NCBI GenBank assembly: GCA_965248575.1
Contig: CBDFJQ010000002.1
Span: 1,792,001 to 1,856,000 of the forward strand
From: Planctomycetota bacterium
Lineage (GTDB): Bacteria > Planctomycetota > B15-G4
Direction: 5' to 3'
Length of the DNA: 64,000 nt
Positions 60,486-64,000 of the stretch are shown here, piece after piece. The notes under the pieces were generated by a model. That model saw only the letters and a program-made list of their open reading frames with translations. It was not told the DNA's origin and ran no database searches. Positions within the stretch are counted from its first letter, which is position 1, and the number at the start of each line of letters is the position of its first letter. The position numbers and the translations under genes were made by a program.

Positions 60486-61096
60486 GACGGCTGCCAGCAG
60501 GCCTGCACGTCGTAGACACGCAGGCGGTGGAAGCGGACGGCCGAGTTCCAGGTGCCGAGCCCGACCCTGCGGTGGCGCCCCAAGCAAGCGAGCGTGGGAT
60601 CGGGATGATCCATGAGCAACGCGCCGTCCTTCCAGAGGAAGACGCGGCCGGCCACTGAGCCCGCCACGACCTGCAGCGCGTCGCCACCTGGCAGCGGGCT
60701 CCCGGGCACGCGCCATGTCGGGCCATGGGGATGATGCTCCAGACCGTGGTCGTGCACATACCAGCCGGACGTCCCCACCACCCAGGCGGAACACTCCTGC
60801 TCGCCGCGGGGATAGATGCAGCCCGCTGCCCGGAAGAAGGCGTTGGCATCCCTGCCATATCCAGGCATGCCCTCGGCATCCAGCACGAGCGCGACCTCGT
60901 CCGGAAACTCCCTCAGGCACCAGAAGGCCGCAGCACGATCCTCCGCGATGCGACCCACGAGGCCGTCGACCCCAGCGGTCCAGCGGCCCGTCTCGACTTC
61001 CCAACCTTCCGGCAAGCTGGACGCGTCAAAGCGTTGGTCCAACAGGCAGGCGTCAGGCCGCAACCACAGCGCACCGTGGGCCAAGGGGATCTGCAA
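60482..61096 (-). CDS. Hypothetical protein, possibly ConA-like beta-sandwich; start uncertain
   Basis: Fills the gap between gltA and the methyltransferase with a coupled stop; W....G.W, DG..L....D, G.VGL.TW...V.F..L.V pattern. Confidence 0.55.
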   Translation of the reverse strand: MQIPLAHGALWLRPDACLLDQRFDASSLPEGWEVETGRWTAGVDGLVGRIAEDRAAAFWCLREFPDEVALVLDAEGMPGYGRDANAFFRAAGCIYPRGEQECSAWVVGTSGWYVHDHGLEHHPHGPTWRVPGSPLPGGDALQVVAGSVAGRVFLWKDGALLMDHPDPTLACLGRHRRVGLGTWNSAVRFHRLRVYDVQACWQPS

Positions 61097-61127
61097 CGGA
61101 CCGCGCCGCCCGCCCCGGGCAACCGTC

Positions 61128-62450
<1,323 letters not shown>

Positions 62451-62607
62451 CTCCAAGACTGGGCACCCGAGGGGCACCGGAAGGCGGACAAGGCCGGGCG
62501 ATACACATGCTGCGCGCCGCCAGCGTTGTCGTCCTGCGAAGCTCCAGGGTCTGCTGAAAGCCCGCCTGGAAGACGCCCCTCAGCCCCCTGAGTGCGAGGA
62601 CCGTCCC

Positions 62608-62616
62608 ATCCTAACA
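62608..62616 (-). promoter_or_regulatory. Possible extended -10 promoter for gltA
   Basis: Minus strand TG-T-TAGGAT in the pta-gltA gap. Confidence 0.35.
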
Positions 62617-62659
62617 ATCCGTGGCCGCGACCGCTTGCCTCGGATCGTCCGCCAAGAGC

Positions 62660-63661
62660 TCAGCCTCCGAGGCTGCCTGGCACGTCGATCCGATCTGCGT
62701 TCCGCGCATCTTGGCGCGCGAAGGCCTGCAGGGCCGTGACCGTTGCCACCTCCACGACATCGTCCGGCGAACAACCCCGGGAGAGGTCGTTGGCTGGGCG
62801 GGCGAGCCCTTGGAGGATGGGTCCCACGGCCCGGGCCGCACCCAGCCGCTGGCACAGCTTGTAAGCGATGTTTGCCGCAGCCAGGTCGGGGAAGACCAAG
62901 ACATTTGCCTCGCCGGCCAGCGGGCTCAGGGGCGATTTCGCCGCAGCCACGGAGGGGATCAGGGCCGCATCTGCCTGGAGTTCTCCGTCAACCAGCAAGC
63001 CGGGGCGCAGGGCCTCGACCTTCGCCGCCACCCGCGCCATGCGTTCTGCGGCGGGGTGCGTGGCGCTGCCGAGGGTCGAGAAGCTGAGCAGGGCCACCCG
63101 CGCTTCGACCTGCAGGAGCAGAGCCGCGCTGTCGGCGGTCGCCAGGGCGATGTCCGCCAGCTGCTCCTCGCTGGGCTCGGGGACCACGGCGCAATCAGCA
63201 AAGAGCAGTTCCCTGCCATTGGGGAACACCATCAGGAACACGCTCGAGACGGTGCGCACGCCGGGCGCGGGGCCGATGCCCCAAAGGGCTGCCCGGATCG
63301 TCTCGCCGGTGGTGGCCACTGCCCCGGCCACCAACCCATCGGCCTGGCCGGCCCCCACCATCAGGGCCCCCGCCATGAGTGGATTGGCCAGCTCCCGGCG
63401 CGCGTCTTCGAGGCTCAAACCCCGGTGGGCGCGACGCAGCTGCAGGCGCTGGGCCAGGGCCTCCCAGGCGGCACCCTGCGCGGGGTCCGCCGACTTCGCT
63501 CCCGGCCCACAGGAGTGCCCCGGAATCGGGACCGCCTCCGCCAGCCCGAGTCGCTCCAAGCGCAGCACGGCCTCGGCCACCCGCTCGTCCCCCTGCTCGG
63601 GGAACACGAGTCGGGCCCGCCGGCCAGCCGCCATTTCCAGACCACGAACCCGGAGGTCCAT
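62660..63661 (-). CDS. pta: Phosphate acetyltransferase (short form)
   Basis: [54 protein letters not shown]. Confidence 0.93.
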   Translation of the reverse strand: MDLRVRGLEMAAGRRARLVFPEQGDERVAEAVLRLERLGLAEAVPIPGHSCGPGAKSADPAQGAAWEALAQRLQLRRAHRGLSLEDARRELANPLMAGALMVGAGQADGLVAGAVATTGETIRAALWGIGPAPGVRTVSSVFLMVFPNGRELLFADCAVVPEPSEEQLADIALATADSAALLLQVEARVALLSFSTLGSATHPAAERMARVAAKVEALRPGLLVDGELQADAALIPSVAAAKSPLSPLAGEANVLVFPDLAAANIAYKLCQRLGAARAVGPILQGLARPANDLSRGCSPDDVVEVATVTALQAFARQDARNADRIDVPGSLGG

Positions 63662-63682
63662 GCAGGCACTCCCTAAGCAGGA

Positions 63683-64000
63683 TCAGTCGCGGGACCAACG
63701 CCAGTCAGACACGTCTGGCAGATCGACACCGTGCTGGGCGATGTACGCGCAGTGCTCACGGACCTTGTGCTCGTAGCGCACGACCAGCTCTTCGGCCCGC
63801 ACCGCCACCTTCGGGTGCCGCACGGCGAGCATGTTCGCCACCTGCATCACCAGGTGGTAACGGCTCGTCCGGTTGCGGACCAGCATGTCGAAGGGCGTCG
63901 TGGTCGTGCCCTCTTCGCGGTAGCCATTGATGCTGAAGCGATTCGATTCCGGCCGTTCCCAAAGCAGTTGCTTGATGGCCGCCGTGTACCCGTGGAAGTT
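63683..64000 (-). CDS. xfp: Phosphoketolase, C-terminal fragment (runs off window edge)
   Basis: Manual translation NFHGY..AIKQL...R..NRF...GYREEGTTTTPFDMLVRN..SRYHL...HGVDLPDVSDWRW. Confidence 0.92.
   Translation of the reverse strand, partial: NFHGYTAAIKQLLWERPESNRFSINGYREEGTTTTPFDMLVRNRTSRYHLVMQVANMLAVRHPKVAVRAEELVVRYEHKVREHCAYIAQHGVDLPDVSDWRWSRD

Overview
GC-rich bacterial chromosomal window, densely coding, about 43 genes. I found no rRNA, tRNA, CRISPR array or mobile element. Signatures in S6, S18 and BamA, the lpxC-fabZ fusion, sulfatase-fold proteins and Gly-rich/LamG surface proteins suggest Planctomycetota (inference). Left third: tsf (partial)-rpsB, a GGDEF gene, and an ~18.6 kb minus-strand run: glmU-prs-rplY-pth-[rpsF-rpsR fusion]-rplI-SGNH-dnaB-bamA-lpxD-lpxC/fabZ-lpxA-gnnA-like-ileS. 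Middle: a stand-alone transcription unit (consensus promoter, ~335 nt structured leader, orphan secreted protein with distinct codon usage, terminator), an envelope-modification cluster (two Thr-type sulfatase-fold proteins, SGNH, GT-C), nadE, a giant Gly-rich lipoprotein, a Ski2-like helicase, a sulfotransferase-like/aminotransferase IV pair and a degenerate GH20. Right: secreted proteins and peptidases, a sugar-nucleotide cluster, and xfp (partial)-pta-gltA. Top observations: (1) ribosomal proteins S6 and S18 are encoded as one continuous polypeptide with ssb absent; (2) the orphan, probably very abundant exported protein and its long structured leader; (3) IleRS with a non-canonical AIHH signature. 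All product calls come from motif recognition by eye; no database searches were run.
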